This document shows positions 49,257 through 61,568 of a stretch of DNA of 64,000 bases, one piece after another. Every line of letters starts with the position of its first letter. Within the stretch, counting starts at the first letter, position 1. Under the pieces are notes generated by a model. The model had not been told where the DNA came from. It ran no database searches and saw only the letters and a list, made by a program, of their open reading frames with translations. The DNA is from Hydrolagus affinis (Eukaryota), in contig JAAILG010000357.1 of the NCBI GenBank assembly GCA_012026655.1, positions 1 through 64,000 of the forward strand, in the 5' to 3' direction. Both the position numbers and the translations under genes were made by a program.

Positions 49257-49719
49257 TATTGTTAAAAGATTGGTCACTCAATCCAGGATTGTTGGCTGCT
49301 GCGTTTCACCCGCAAATTATACAGTCAGTTCGCTTTACAGTATAATCTGTGACGTGTTTTGGGACATGATCAAGTGCAATAATCAAATGCAAGGATTATT
49401 ATTATTTGTTATTAAATCTATGCAACAATGTGAAGAACTCCTCACAATCCTCGTATTTCTTTTTACATTTTAATGCTGCATGAAGAGAATACTTATGTTG
49501 GGTAAAGCCAATTATAAGGTTATTCAGGTCTCATTAACTGGCAGAAACCACAGTAGGCATGAATATCAACTCACATGAAACCCTTTGTGTAATTGCATGC
49601 ATTAATTTCCAAAATAAATTAAGTTCAGAAATTCTTCTCTTATACACAGTGGATTTGCAGCTACAATAGCTTGAGCAATCACTTGTGCCCACAGTAAACC
49701 TGCTTACTCATTTTATGAA

Positions 49720-50125
49720 AAATAATCCATGCATTTGATACAGAGTCTTTCTTTTGGGAGGACATCTCAAAGCGCGGCACTAGATTTACTGTGAAGTGTG
49801 ACGACTGTGGATTTTGTAGGCGAACGTGGCAGCCAATTTGGTCACAGCAACTTCTCCATAAAACAGCCGTGAAGTGACTGACCAACTGTATCTGGGGATT
49901 GCTGCCCTTCGGTTTCTGATTAGTGCCACCGGATCTTAAACATTCATCTGACCAGACAAACTGGATCTTGATTTGATGTCTCATCAGAATTATATCACCT
50001 TTGACAATTCACAGCTCCTCCCAGCACTGCACTGGATTATCAGCCAAGACATCGAGCTCCAAGTCCTGAAACCACAACCTTGTGACTCGGAGGCTAGAGT
50101 GTTACCTACCATGCCAGGTTGATAA
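49720..50125 (-). mobile_element. older DeuSINE, near full length
   Basis: Tail, ggcagccaattt, ccagcactgcactgga, ccacaaccttgtgactcggaggctagagtg. Confidence 0.75.
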
Positions 50126-50153
50126 CAAATTACTGTACTGTATATGAAACCAA

Positions 50154-50469
50154 GAGTCCTGTAGCTCGGTAGTTAGAGCACTTGCCTTACAAGCGTGAGA
50201 CCTGTGTTCGAATCCAGGCGGGTCAGGTCAAAACCTTGGGTAAGTTTCCTTACTCCACACGCCTAATAATAATCCCTCCAAAAAAACACACAATAACAAA
50301 ATTGGTCATTTCAATCCATGACTCTTTGTGGGATACTGCTGTGCGCAATTGGCTTCTGTGTTTTGCCTACAAATACACAGTCAATTCACTTTTCAGTGTA
50401 TTCTGTGAAGCGCTTTGAGACGTCTAGAAGACGTGAAAAGCGCAATATCAAATTCAAGGATTATTATTA
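50154..50469 (+). mobile_element. full-length young SINE, short variant
   Basis: gagtcctgtagctcggtagttagagcacttgccttacaagcgtgagacctgtgttcgaatcc ... gagacgtctagaagacgtgaaaagcgc..ggattattatt. Confidence 0.95.
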
Positions 50470-51356
50470 ATAAGAGTGATTTTATATCACCCAATTAGGT
50501 GTGTCTTTTCATGATCCGCTTGCACACTTTTCCTCTCTGAGATTTTCTTCAGACGGCCCTGGCTAATCAACACATTATGCTTTTTGTAAAGTCGAACCAC
50601 CATTCCTTACCCAAGACATTTTTTTCTTCCTGCTTGTTACGCAGAACTTCCTTGCACCTCTCAGCCTATTGAGAAACATCTAGTAATGAACCCTCCTGGT
50701 GGGCAGCACACAGACGGTGTCCATATACTTACACATTAGGAAGGTTGAATATTCTCATCACAGTGTTGTTAAATGAGGATTCAGGATGATGAGATTAGAC
50801 TTCCAGCAGTTACATTGTAGATACCTACATGATCACAACATCGTTTCAATTAGCTGTTAAGGCAGTGTCCAATAATACAGATCAGACCATTACTTTCCAT
50901 GAGATCTCCAATGCAGGGATAATACCTCACCACTCCAGACATGCATGCACAGTAGTTGATACGCTACACTACACTACATGAAAGGTACTATATCAATACA
51001 ATTTGTCATTGTTGTTGTTGCTCATTGTTGGGTTGAAATTCTACCCAGCTCGAGATTCACTCTATTTGCGTGACGTATCAAAGCGTCCAGAATTGAACAC
51101 ATTTTGCTATACTGTACATGCTCAATGTCGAAGTCTTCTTTTCAGGAGCAACAATACAGGTAAAGCAGGTTCAAATTTGTGACTGAATTCAACATTTTGC
51201 CCAAATTCTCGGCCAACGTGCCAGTCAGTAATTTGGTCTTTAAAATCTGGAGATAGACAAAGGACTCAAAGAGTTTCTGCCATTGTCTGTGTAACATTGC
51301 AAGCATATATATTATATATATTATATATAATACATATACATAGATACAGTATTGCA

Positions 51357-51740
51357 GAGTCCTGTAGTACAGTAATTAGAGCACTTGCTTTGCAACCTTC
51401 GGCAAGTTTCCTTCCTTCACACGCCTCAGTTTACCAACAATAAGGAGGAACCTGGTTGCTGGTCAATTGGCGGATCGCTTTCCGGGGGTAATAATCCCTT
51501 CAAAAAATTAAATAAATAACAATTTGTTAATTCAATTCATGATGGTACTGTGCATAATTGGTTGCTGCATTTGACCCACAAAATGCACAGTCAATTCACC
51601 TTACAGTATATTTCGCGAAGCACTTTGAGACATCTCGATGTGATACGGTGTACTCCCAACATGAAAGGCGCTATGCAAATGTCATTTTGTTGTTGTTGTT
51701 GTCATATCAAATGCAAGGGTGATTATTATTATTACTACTA
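51357..51740 (+). mobile_element. SINE, long variant, with an L2 tail (about 51650-51702) inserted in its tail
   Basis: cacgcctcagtttacc..ggaacctggttgctggtcaattggcggatcgctttccgggg; tail split by gaaaggcgctatgcaaatgtcattttgttgttgttg. Confidence 0.85.
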
Positions 51741-52659
51741 ACGGTATACTTTTATTAAAATTGTCCGTTTCCCACACGGATTCAAGACCTGAAATGCAGG
51801 CTGGGCGTTAATTTACCCTAAAGGCAGCTTTAAATATTACTAGGATTAAACATTTGGATCTCGATATGCTTCAGCAAAGTGGCTCTGTTTTTCTTTGACC
51901 TTTGTTGTCCCCTGCTTTTTAAAAAAAAAATCACAGCGATTTACTGTTGTTTCCTGAGCTTGCTCAAATTAGAAACAGAAGCTCATGCCTGGATTTTCAG
52001 ATTAATCTCTTGAATTGTCAGTCAACCTAGATGTATCCCCTGCCTTGACTAATTTTACGCCCGAAATGTTGATCATCTCTTTGCTAGAGTAAATGAGTCA
52101 CCGGCACTCAAGGATGACACTCGATCAGAAACCAGGCAATGAACAGTTCCGGCTGCTCCCTGCTAGTTTGCACACTAAGCAATAGATTTCCTGACCAACT
52201 GCATTAATGACATAGATCTGTTCACTGCAGAGGCCGCCGTGGCTAGTTGTTCTCCAGCAACAGCAGATGTGAGCAGGTTATTTATTAGGTAGATGGAAAA
52301 ACATGAATGAAGGGCTGCGAAGAAAAATATGCTAATGGCTCCGAGGTTGTGTGACTCACCTATCCATTCAAGCACAGGCCTTGGAATAGCAATTAGCATT
52401 TTAGAATTTCCTGGTTCTCTGCTGACACAAAGCGTTCACGTCAGTGTCGAAAACAGCTGGAGAGCATTCTGTTTCTTATCGATCACAAAATGCTCGTTAT
52501 TTCAGATCATTTGCAGTGTTTCAAGTGGAACAGGGGAAGTAAATAGAAACACAAAAGGTACCTTAAAAATTAGTCCATCGGGATATTTACTAACCACCGG
52601 AGGGAGAAAGGACGGCAATTCTCTTCAAGACATGTCTCTCCGACCGTGCTTTCGGTGCG

Positions 52660-53060
52660 TGCCAGGCTGGCGCAGTGGTTGCACTCTCGCCTCGAGTCGG
52701 AAGGCTGTGGGTTCGAGTTCCATGTCGTAACTTGGAGTCACATAGTTTAAGCTGACACTCCAGTGCAGTGCTGAGGGGGTGGGCTGGTGCTGCGCTGTCA
52801 GAGGTGCAGTCCTAATGTTCAACCGAGATGCCAGCTGCCCGTTCGGGTGATGCGACGGTACTATTCATAAACAGAAGGGAATTTCTCTCTCCTGATGTCC
52901 TGGCCAACAAATCTCCCAAATAAAATTGTTTGTGGAACTTTGCTGTGCGCAACTGGCTGCTGTGTTTTGCCCATAAAATACACAGTACATGCTGTGAAGT
53001 GTTTTGAGACGTCTCAACGAAGTGATGAGGCGCTATATCAAATGCAAGGATTATTATCTT
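52660..53060 (+). mobile_element. older DeuSINE, near full length
   Basis: ggcgcagtggttgcactctcgcctcgagtcggaaggctgtgggttcgagt (A/B boxes), gctgacactccagtgcagtgctgaggg, gtcctggccaac, tgctgtgcgcaactggctgc, L2 tail (ATT)n. Confidence 0.9.
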
Positions 53061-53286
53061 TCGGCACAGGGTCTTTTGTGAATTGCTTTGAAATATTAAA
53101 ACAGGCTTATAATAGGATTTTTCTTGAGGTCAAATCCTAGTCAGAGCGCGTCAGGTCAAACCTAGGGGGATATAATCGGCTCGAAAATGTTTCTTATTTT
53201 TCTTATTCTTAGCCAACGAGATTGATCTGGTTGTATTTCCACAGGGCTAAATTTTGAAGAGCCGTATTTTTTCCTCACATAAAATG

Positions 53287-53590
53287 GAGGAGTCCCGCAG
53301 CTCAATGGTTAGAGCACTCTGCGAGAGATCTGGGTTCAATTCGCGGCTGGGCGAAACCTTGAGCAAGTTTCCTTACTCGACACGTCTTATAATAATCCTT
53401 CAAGAAAATAAAATAATATTTAGTTCACTTCAATCCATGACTGTTGATAGGACACTGCTGTGCGTTATTGGCTGCCATGCTTTATCCACAAAATATACAG
53501 TAAATTCAATTTACAGTATATTCTGTGGAGTGCTTTAAGACGTCTAGAAAACATGAATAGCGCTATATCAAATGCAAGGATTATCAGTAT
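53287..53590 (+). mobile_element. full-length young SINE
   Basis: ggagtcccgcagctcaatggttagagcactc ... cgctatatcaaatgcaaggatta. Confidence 0.95.
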
Positions 53591-54480
53591 TAGACTGCAA
53601 ACCACAATCCAATGCAACTCACGCACAGAGCTAAAGCTTGATGAGTCCATATGTCAATCATAAAGATAAAGAGAATTCCATATGTCGAAATCGGTCTGCC
53701 CTTCATGTTAATCATGCTAATCACCAACATTAATTACCTCTTACACTTTGCAGCTCTGGTACCATAAGGGTAGCCATGTTCAAATCAATGTTAATGGAAC
53801 AAATGAATATACAGTACTAGATTTATAATGATGGAGGAAACTTTGTTCTTTTTCTCAGTTGCCGCTGAGGTAATACTTTGCTGTGAAATAGTATGAAATG
53901 ACTACTGTAATTGCTTGAAACTTAACTTGATGCTGGAAGAGTAATTCTTGCCTTTGCTTTAATGGTCATCTCTGCAATTTGTTACAGTGTCTTTTCATGT
54001 CATCGGAACATCTCAAAGAGCGTCACAGGATTTTGCTGTAAAGTGTATCGACTTTAAATTTAAATGTTTTTTTGAATTCAAGCAGCCAATTTGCATGCAG
54101 CGTTGTCTCATAAATAGACAGGAATTAAATGATTATTTTTTTTCCCTCTGAGAATTGACGGCCAGAACATCGGGAGCAACTCTTTTCAGATCTTTAAAGT
54201 CCACCAAGACAGGCAGACTTGAGGTGGACGTTGCTTCCAGCAGTAAAGCTATGAGCAACATCAGATAACACTTACGTTTCCTGCTCTGAAATTGCCTTGA
54301 TCAAGTGCATGCCACAGAGCTCCACAAACCAGCACAAAATGAGATTTTTTTAAAATGCAATCAATCAATCAATCAAAACTTGCATTTATTATAGTGCCTT
54401 TCACGTCGAGAGGACGTCCCAAGGTAGGGTAGGGACAAGAGCAGGGGAGGGAGGGGCAAGATAAAGAAGAGTAGGAAAAC

Positions 54481-54612
54481 TGACTGTATATTTGTGGGCG
54501 AAACACGGCAGCCAAACTGCGCAGGGCAGTGTCCCAATCCACTTTACAATATATTCTGTGAAGTATTTTGAGACGTCTCAACGACATAAAAAGGCGCAAG
54601 GATTATTATTAT
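54481..54612 (+). mobile_element. 5'-truncated SINE with inverted 5' segment
   Basis: 54481-54536 is the reverse complement of the SINE segment that normally precedes 54537-54612. Confidence 0.85.
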
Positions 54613-56206
54613 CAAGCCATCGAATGACTAGCTCTTTAATGCCATTAAAAGGTGTCGGTTTGCCCTTGAGATTCTAAAATATAATTTTTTTTCAAGTTGA
54701 AATGTTCTTTCAAAACCTCCTGCAGCACAAATACGTTCAGTACAATATACACTCATTTGTCTTGTCGAAAAGACCTGGATCAGGGGCATGGGCTCAGAAA
54801 TAAACAAATTGTTCCTGAAATATAACACATTTAGCATCAATTTACCAGCAAAAGTAGCATTGAAATAACGCTAATTAAGCAGCAGGAACACAATAACAAA
54901 ACACAGCACAGGTTAGATTTCTCAAGCACCTTTCATGCCTCACAGCACATCACCCTGCTGACTGAGCATCTGAGCAGGGACATGCATTCGAAAGATGCCC
55001 CAAAATAAGCAAGGACAGGTCGAAGAGGTAAGTCTTAAGGTGGATGGGCTTTCAAAGTAGGGAGGGGGCGAAGAGGGTGGAAGTTTATAAAATAGAGCAT
55101 TAATTTGCCATCAAAAGCAAACATTGCTCTTCCTCCTATGTTGGAGAGAAAAGTATTAATTGGACTGAAATTAGTAAGAATTATTAATAATAATTGCATT
55201 AGATGTAGCGAATTATCACGTGGATGAGACGTCTCAAAGCGCTTCACAGAACGATATGTAAAGTGGAATTAAGTGGAAGTTGTGTAATTTCCAATGCTGC
55301 CCAGATCCTGAAAGATCCTTTCTAGGAACCATTGGATCCTGTAATCAGTCATTTGTATCAGTAAAAATATGCGTACTCTAGACGAAAACATGTGTGTGGA
55401 GGGAGGGGGGCAGGAAGAGTTAATTCTACCTTGTCTTTGGCAAAGCTCCAAGAGGTAATCTAATCCCCCAAGAAAGTAAATTGTATCACGGTCATAAAAC
55501 GAACCAAGGGAGACATTTAATAGATTTTGAAATTGTGCATTTTATCTCCACGGAACGAAGACAGTTGTTCAGTTCAGTCATGAAATTGATATCTAGTTTT
55601 GTAGGTCGAGTCGTCAAACGAAAAAAAAACCTCGACTGCTAACTACATCCAATTTATTTTTATATTTTCCAAAACACAAGAGAGGCAGAAACCTGTATAT
55701 TTTGGGATGGCTTCCAGATTCCATCCTTCTCACAGGGCATTGAGGAGAGGGTAATTTACTTACCAGGATATTTGATCGACTTATCAGGGCTGTCCAGAAC
55801 TGGAGTTAATAGCACTGTTCTTTTCTAGAGCTAATAATGCTTCCGGAGATGAATATGGGCGACATTAAATGTTATGCCATTATTCAAGGAAATCACGAGT
55901 GAGAAATGAACCTAGGAATTACTGATTTGTTAACTGAACATTTTTGTCCACAAAACAAACGATCGATCCACTTTAAATATATTCCTTGAAGCGCTTTGAT
56001 TTGATAAGGTAAAGGAAAGTATTATAATTATTATAATAAAGAAGGGGACATGCCTCAGTATTATGGAATGAATGTCTAAAGAATCTGTAATGATTCAACT
56101 TGCACTTCCAAGCAATTCTACAACAACAGCAACTTGCATTTATATAGCGCCCATCTTGCAGAAAGCATCCTGGAGTGATTTTCGTTAAACTGATAATTTG
56201 TGGTCA

Positions 56207-56690
56207 AACAACAATATCAAAATTACAAGCACCTTTCACATCGGGAGGATGTCCCAAAGCGCTGAACACTCAGGTTGGAACCTGAGCACGAGGGGAAGGG
56301 TCGGGATAGGGGGAAAGGGAAGGGAGGAAGTGAGGTGGGAGCAGAGAGGCTGAAAGCCCGGCCACTGATGGTAGGGCTGTTAGGGCGGTGGACGCAGAGC
56401 TGGCCAGAGTCTGCTGAGCCCGCTGAGTGGAGGGGACGGGCGGGCTGATAGGGAGACAGCAGGTTGGAGAGATAGGCAGGGGCAAGGCCGTGAATTACCT
56501 TGAAGGTGAAGACGAGGATCTTGAATTCGATCCTCTGGGGGATGGGGAGCCAGTGGAGACAGGTGAGGGTGGGAGTGATGTGGTCGTGGAGCCTGGTGCG
56601 GGAGAGTACACAAGTTGCAGAGTTCTGAATGATCTGCAACCTGTGAAGGGAGGAGCTAGGAAAGCCGACGAGGAGAGAGTTCCCGCAGTC
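56207..56690 (-). mobile_element. 5'-truncated L2 LINE
   Basis: QIIQNSATCVLSRTRLHDHITPTLTCLHWLPIPQRIEFKILVFTFKVIHGLAPAYLSNLL..GRAFS plus an L2 tail. Confidence 0.95.
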
Positions 56691-58049
56691 TCATGCTTTG
56701 AGTTGTATACGGCTTGCTTAACTTTTTCATAAATAATTTAACATATTTAATCAACTGGTAGCCCAAGTCTGTAGGTGGTGATGAGAGAGTCCTAAGGAGG
56801 GTGATGGGAGGACGAGGGGGGTAGGGTTTGAGGAAAAGGCGCAATTGAAAAGGCCTTTAAATAAAGTCATCAATAGCAGTTCCACACGTGAGGCTTTTCA
56901 AGAGCGATGTTCCTAAAGGATTTAATGGCAAACTGACCAGAAGATTTTTTTTTAGCAAAGTGAAACAGAAGGTGAGGAAAAGGCTAGAGGGAAGTGACAA
57001 ATGAAATGCTACAGATTCTGTTCCGGACCCCCTTCTGTTCATGCCTAAATGAGAAGAGAACATTGAATGATATAAAATTTGTTGATGATTCTATTTGTGC
57101 TGCTTATATCGTTTCCGTATGCTCGCACTTGGGCAATTCTGTCATTCCGTTTATAACAGGCCTGAATATTAAACCCCCATTATCTTATTTATCAAGAAAA
57201 TCTTTCATAAGATGGCTAAAATCTAGTTAACAATTAGCATTGCTCTCTGACTCGTTGCTGTGATTTGGAAATGGTGCTCATGTTTACGTAATTGATATTC
57301 TGTATTGTTCCATACAAACGCAAGATAAACACATTATCAACCACTTCAATTTACCGGTATGATTAATACCATTAGAACTGTAACAATAGCGCTGCAGGTG
57401 TGGGAATCAATCAACTTTAGTCAATGAATATGTTCAAATGCTTCAAACCAATTCAAGAGTTGTGTGCAAATTAGTTGGATGAGCAGTTGCCTCTTGTTCG
57501 CCCAGTGTTTGCCCTTGATTCACCCATTGGTAATCGTTCCTGAGCCAACGGGGTCCGCAGTTCTCTAGGGCACTGCTGATGACCACACAGCCTGACTCTT
57601 TTGAAGGGCAAACCATTCACTGGCCTCAGAAGGTATTCCCACTCAGCTACCATTAACCCTGCAAGCCAAAACTCTAAAGGGTAGGGTAGTCTTTCTTAGC
57701 TGAATGAGTAGCAGAAAGTTTCCCAGACAAGTGGTCCCAATGACAGCTTTACTTGAACTCCCAACACACATTTTGGGAGCCCCAATATCTTGGCTCTCAC
57801 CAACCTGCACTCAATACTCCTCAATCCGTCGCTCTAGGGAGAGAGTGCTAGAGCGGAGAAATTTCCTCGTGAAAGTAGAGTCCATATTTCAAACATTCAG
57901 ACTGGTTCGGGCAATTTGAAACACTGTGCTGGGTTTCCGCACATGTTAAATAGCCGGTTGACCACAGAAGAAATTGGGTCATCTCAAACAAATGTCACTC
58001 TCAGTCACCTTCCTGGTGAATTTAAGTGCACAATGAGAAAGGCGCTATT

Positions 58050-58363
58050 GTGGAGTCCTGTAGCTCAGTGGCTAGAACATTCACCTGACAAGCATGAGAC
58101 CCGTGTTCGAATCCAGGTAGGTAGGTCACGGCGAAACCTTGGGCAAGTTTCCTTACTCCACACGCCTAATAAAACTTCCTCAAAAAAAAATTGGTCATTC
58201 AATCCTCGGCTGTTTGTGGAACACTGCTGTGCACAATTGGCTGCTGCGTTTCGCCCACAGGTATAGTCAATTCGCTTCACAGTATATTCTGTGAAGCGCT
58301 TTGAGACATCTAGAAGATGTGAAAAGCGCTATATTAAATGCAAGGACTATTATTATTATTATT
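58050..58363 (+). mobile_element. full-length young SINE inserted into an L2 tail remnant
   Basis: Preceded by gaaaggcgctatt and followed by gaaatgtaatttctgttgttg. Confidence 0.95.
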
Positions 58364-58954
58364 GAAATGTAATTTCTGTTGTTGAATACTTTTGTGGTTA
58401 TGCTCAGCTTCATTCAATGGATTTGGCCTCGATTTTCTTTGCAGAGTGTTGTTCACATGTACCCTGCATCCTCCGCACCCGTCCGCACCATCAGCTTTCT
58501 GGTGTGAACGAGACCGAGAAGCATGAATTATTGATAGCGACTGAGTTATTTGCAGAACCGTGAAATTCAGCCATAAGCAACTCAGTGGTGTTCTGCCCAT
58601 CACAGGTGATGGGCAGTTTAAAGAATTTGGATCTATTTTGGTCACAGTGTGCAGCACTGTGGAGCGGTAGGTTAGTAGAGAGGAAGGTTGGTCTGGTGGG
58701 GGAGACACTATCCTACTCACAATCCTTGATATTGATTTTCTGCTGCTTTGACAATTGCTCCCCCTAACCCACCCTCAACCAGCCCCCACCCCCTGCCCCG
58801 GTTTTACATTGGGAAAAAGGTTCCAAGCATGAAGAACACGTCACTGTTGTTTCACTGATCTGTGCACAACCTGACATTGCGTTTTGCATAGTGTCAATGT
58901 GATCTTCTGTGGGGTGGGTGGGGGGTGGAGGGTGGGTGAGGGGGGGGTTTGTAA

Positions 58955-59212
58955 GGGGGCACTCGATAGTCCGAAGGTTCGACAGTCCGAAGATTCGATC
59001 GTCCAAACACACAAATTTCCTATACCCTGCGCGGTTACCGTGGTTACCGCTCGATAGTCCGAAAATAAGGTTTGTTAATCCGAACATTTGGTGCGATAGT
59101 CTGACGGTTCATTAATCCAAATGTTAGGGTTAGGGTTAGTGTTATGGTTAGGGGAAGCTTCGGACTATTGAACCTTCGGACTAATGAACCTTCGGACTAT
59201 CAGGCGGTAACC
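58955..59212. mobile_element. non-autonomous TIR/foldback-like DNA transposon with 8-bp TSD
   Basis: 16-bp-period repeats gatagtccgaaggttc (left) inverted to gaaccttcggactat (right), internal TTAGGG-like run, gtttgtaa duplicated at 58947-58954 and 59213-59220. Confidence 0.8.
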
Positions 59213-59782
59213 GTTTGTAAAGGGCTTCATGGCAAGGGAATGATATACAGGACTGGAGTGACTTTCACTGCCACACGGACAATGTTGGTACTTACAGGAA
59301 CAGTGTCCTGATCTCGAGCAATCACACAAAACCACGAGTTCCCAAACATTCGTTGTTCGTTCCAAGAGAATCGATCATCAATAAATAAATCTTTCCAGTA
59401 GATGAGCTCTTGTCAATTACTCCCTCTCCTGTGACCCAGGCTTGTTGGCCCCTACAAATACACAGTCACTACACTTTGCAATAAAATCCGGTGAAGCGCT
59501 TCGATACGTGTTGATGACAACCTGAATACAAGGATTGATAACATTCAGTTGTTGAAGCAGCAGCATGAGATTGTATATTCAGTTTGGAGCCATCTTTCTA
59601 TACAGCTTTTTGTCTATCGAATGGGCTACGCTTACGATTTTGCAAGGTTAATCAAGAACTGCCTGGGCAATTGGCTTTTTAATAAAGCTGATGTATTAAA
59701 ACTATAAGGCCTGTTTAAATAGGGTTTTATGCAAATAAAGGATCTATGCTTGACTTGCACTCATCTCAGTACAAGGAACAAT

Positions 59783-60230
59783 TACTATCAACAATAATAA
59801 TAATAATCCTTGCATTCGGTATAATACCTTCTTGTGTAATCGAGACGTCTCAAAGCATTTCACAGGATATTCTGTGAATTTATTTTGTAGATGAAATGTG
59901 GCAGCCAATTGCGCACAGCAATGTCCAACAAACAACCATGAAACTAATGACCTTCTTTTATTTTGGGGGGGAATGTAGGCCAGGACACAGAGAGAAACCG
60001 CCTTCTCTTTTAATATCCTGCCATAGGATCTTTAACATCCACTCGAACAGGCAGACGAGACCTCAATTTGATTTCAAATCTGAAGTATGGCACCTCCAAC
60101 AATGCAACACACCCCCAGCACTGATTTGGAATGATTGTCAGCTTGGACTATATGAGTCCCCGACGAAGGCGGTTTCAACCTCCAACCTTCTGACTCGGAG
60201 GCAAGAGTGCTACCACTGGGTCAGGCTGAC
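59783..60230 (-). mobile_element. older DeuSINE, near full length
   Basis: (AAT)n tail, ggcagccaattgcgcacagc, ggatctttaacatccactcgaacaggcagac, aaccttctgactcggaggcaagagtgctaccactg. Confidence 0.9.
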
Positions 60231-61224
60231 CCACACATAATAAATACCACAATAAATAATAACTTGCACTTACATGGCTCCTTTCACCTCAAATGTCTCA
60301 AAGTGCTCCACACAATGCAACCGACTAGAAATTGGCAGGCTGCCTGCAAGTCGCTGGCTGGCATTTCTCTACACCAGCTATTTGAAAATTTGAACCGGTG
60401 CTTGTAACAAACTCTCCCATTTATTCTGCTGCAAAATGGGGTAGTTGCGTGTGAACATCAGGCCGAGGGTTGCTGTAGAAATGAGCTTCACAGGATATTG
60501 TCATTGCTTCACCGTTTGACTGGACTGCGACCACCAGGTTTCAGACACGGCCCGGGAACGCATCTTGCGCACGATACAAGGCGGGGAAGAGGGTCAGAAG
60601 CAGGCAGTAATCAACTGAAGAACTTACTGGTATCTACAAAGCAGACCCCCTAGGGAATGCCGGCAAATAATTGAAACAACTTCATTTCAAACTTGTTCTA
60701 TTAAATAAAGGATCAATTGAGTAATCGTGCTCCTGTTCGGTAATTTGTAACAACGTCATTGATTTGGATGGTATCCACTGCTGCACTATGCTTTTTCTAT
60801 TGCTTTCTGATGGCCTAACAGTGGCAGATATATCTAGCTCACAATCTGTGATATCTTCAACGGACAATAAAAGGAAAGCTTTGACAACACAGATGCCGAT
60901 CGGTCACAAAAGCTGGCGCAAAATTCTTTACCGTCATCAGGCAACACATTGTGACACAGACTCCAGCTTGGGCTATGAATTTGTGTTACACTAAATATCG
61001 GGGTAAGATGAAAGAGCTGTAAATAAAATGATTAGTGGGCAACGACTCCTAAGAGTCTCGTGTCAGTTCTTGAAGGACACCTGTATTTATCGTTGGGACA
61101 TTTATTGCATTATGGGCACAATATTGGTTTTATTCCGGAATAAAGCTCTAGGCCTAAACAGAATTCATTACTCTGAGCCATTTGATTTCATCCTTACTCT
61201 TATGTTCTTATGTTCTAATATATT

Positions 61225-61568
61225 GTGAAGTGAATTGACTGTATATTTTGTGGGCGAAACATGGCAGACAATTGGACACAGCAGTGTCCCCCGAACAGTA
61301 GTGGGTTGGCGAGGTGGGGAGAAAGTGGTTAGAGCACTCACCTTACAAGCAGGAGGCCTGTGTTTTGAATCCAGGCAGGTCAGGGCGAAATCTTGGGCAA
61401 GTTTCCTTACTCCACAAGCCTAATAATAATGCTGTGTGCAATTGGCTGCCACGATTCACCCACAAATATACAGTCAATTCACTTTACAGTATATTCTGTG
61501 AAGTGCTTTGAGACGTCTAGAAAATGTGAAAAGCGCTATTTCATATGCAAGGATTATTATTATTATTA
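61225..61568. mobile_element. minus SINE fragment (61225-61300) adjacent to an internally deleted plus SINE (61325-61568)
   Basis: gtgaattgactgtatattttgtgggcg..; agtggttagagcactcaccttacaagc..gcaaggattattatt. Confidence 0.85.

Noticed and set aside
53127-53166. Two AGGTCA nuclear-receptor half-sites
   Set aside because: The spacing is too wide for a standard response element and is better explained by a short local duplication (aggtcaaa(t)cctag).
55764-55799. 36-nt in-frame minus-strand microexon with a CTG|GTAAGT donor
   Set aside because: The acceptor region is purine-rich with competing AGs and the peptide is not recognised; unsupported without RNA data.
58961-59212. CRISPR-like array or true telomere
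   Set aside because: The units are contiguous 16-bp repeats without unique spacers, and the TTAGGG run is only about five degenerate units inside a TIR element.
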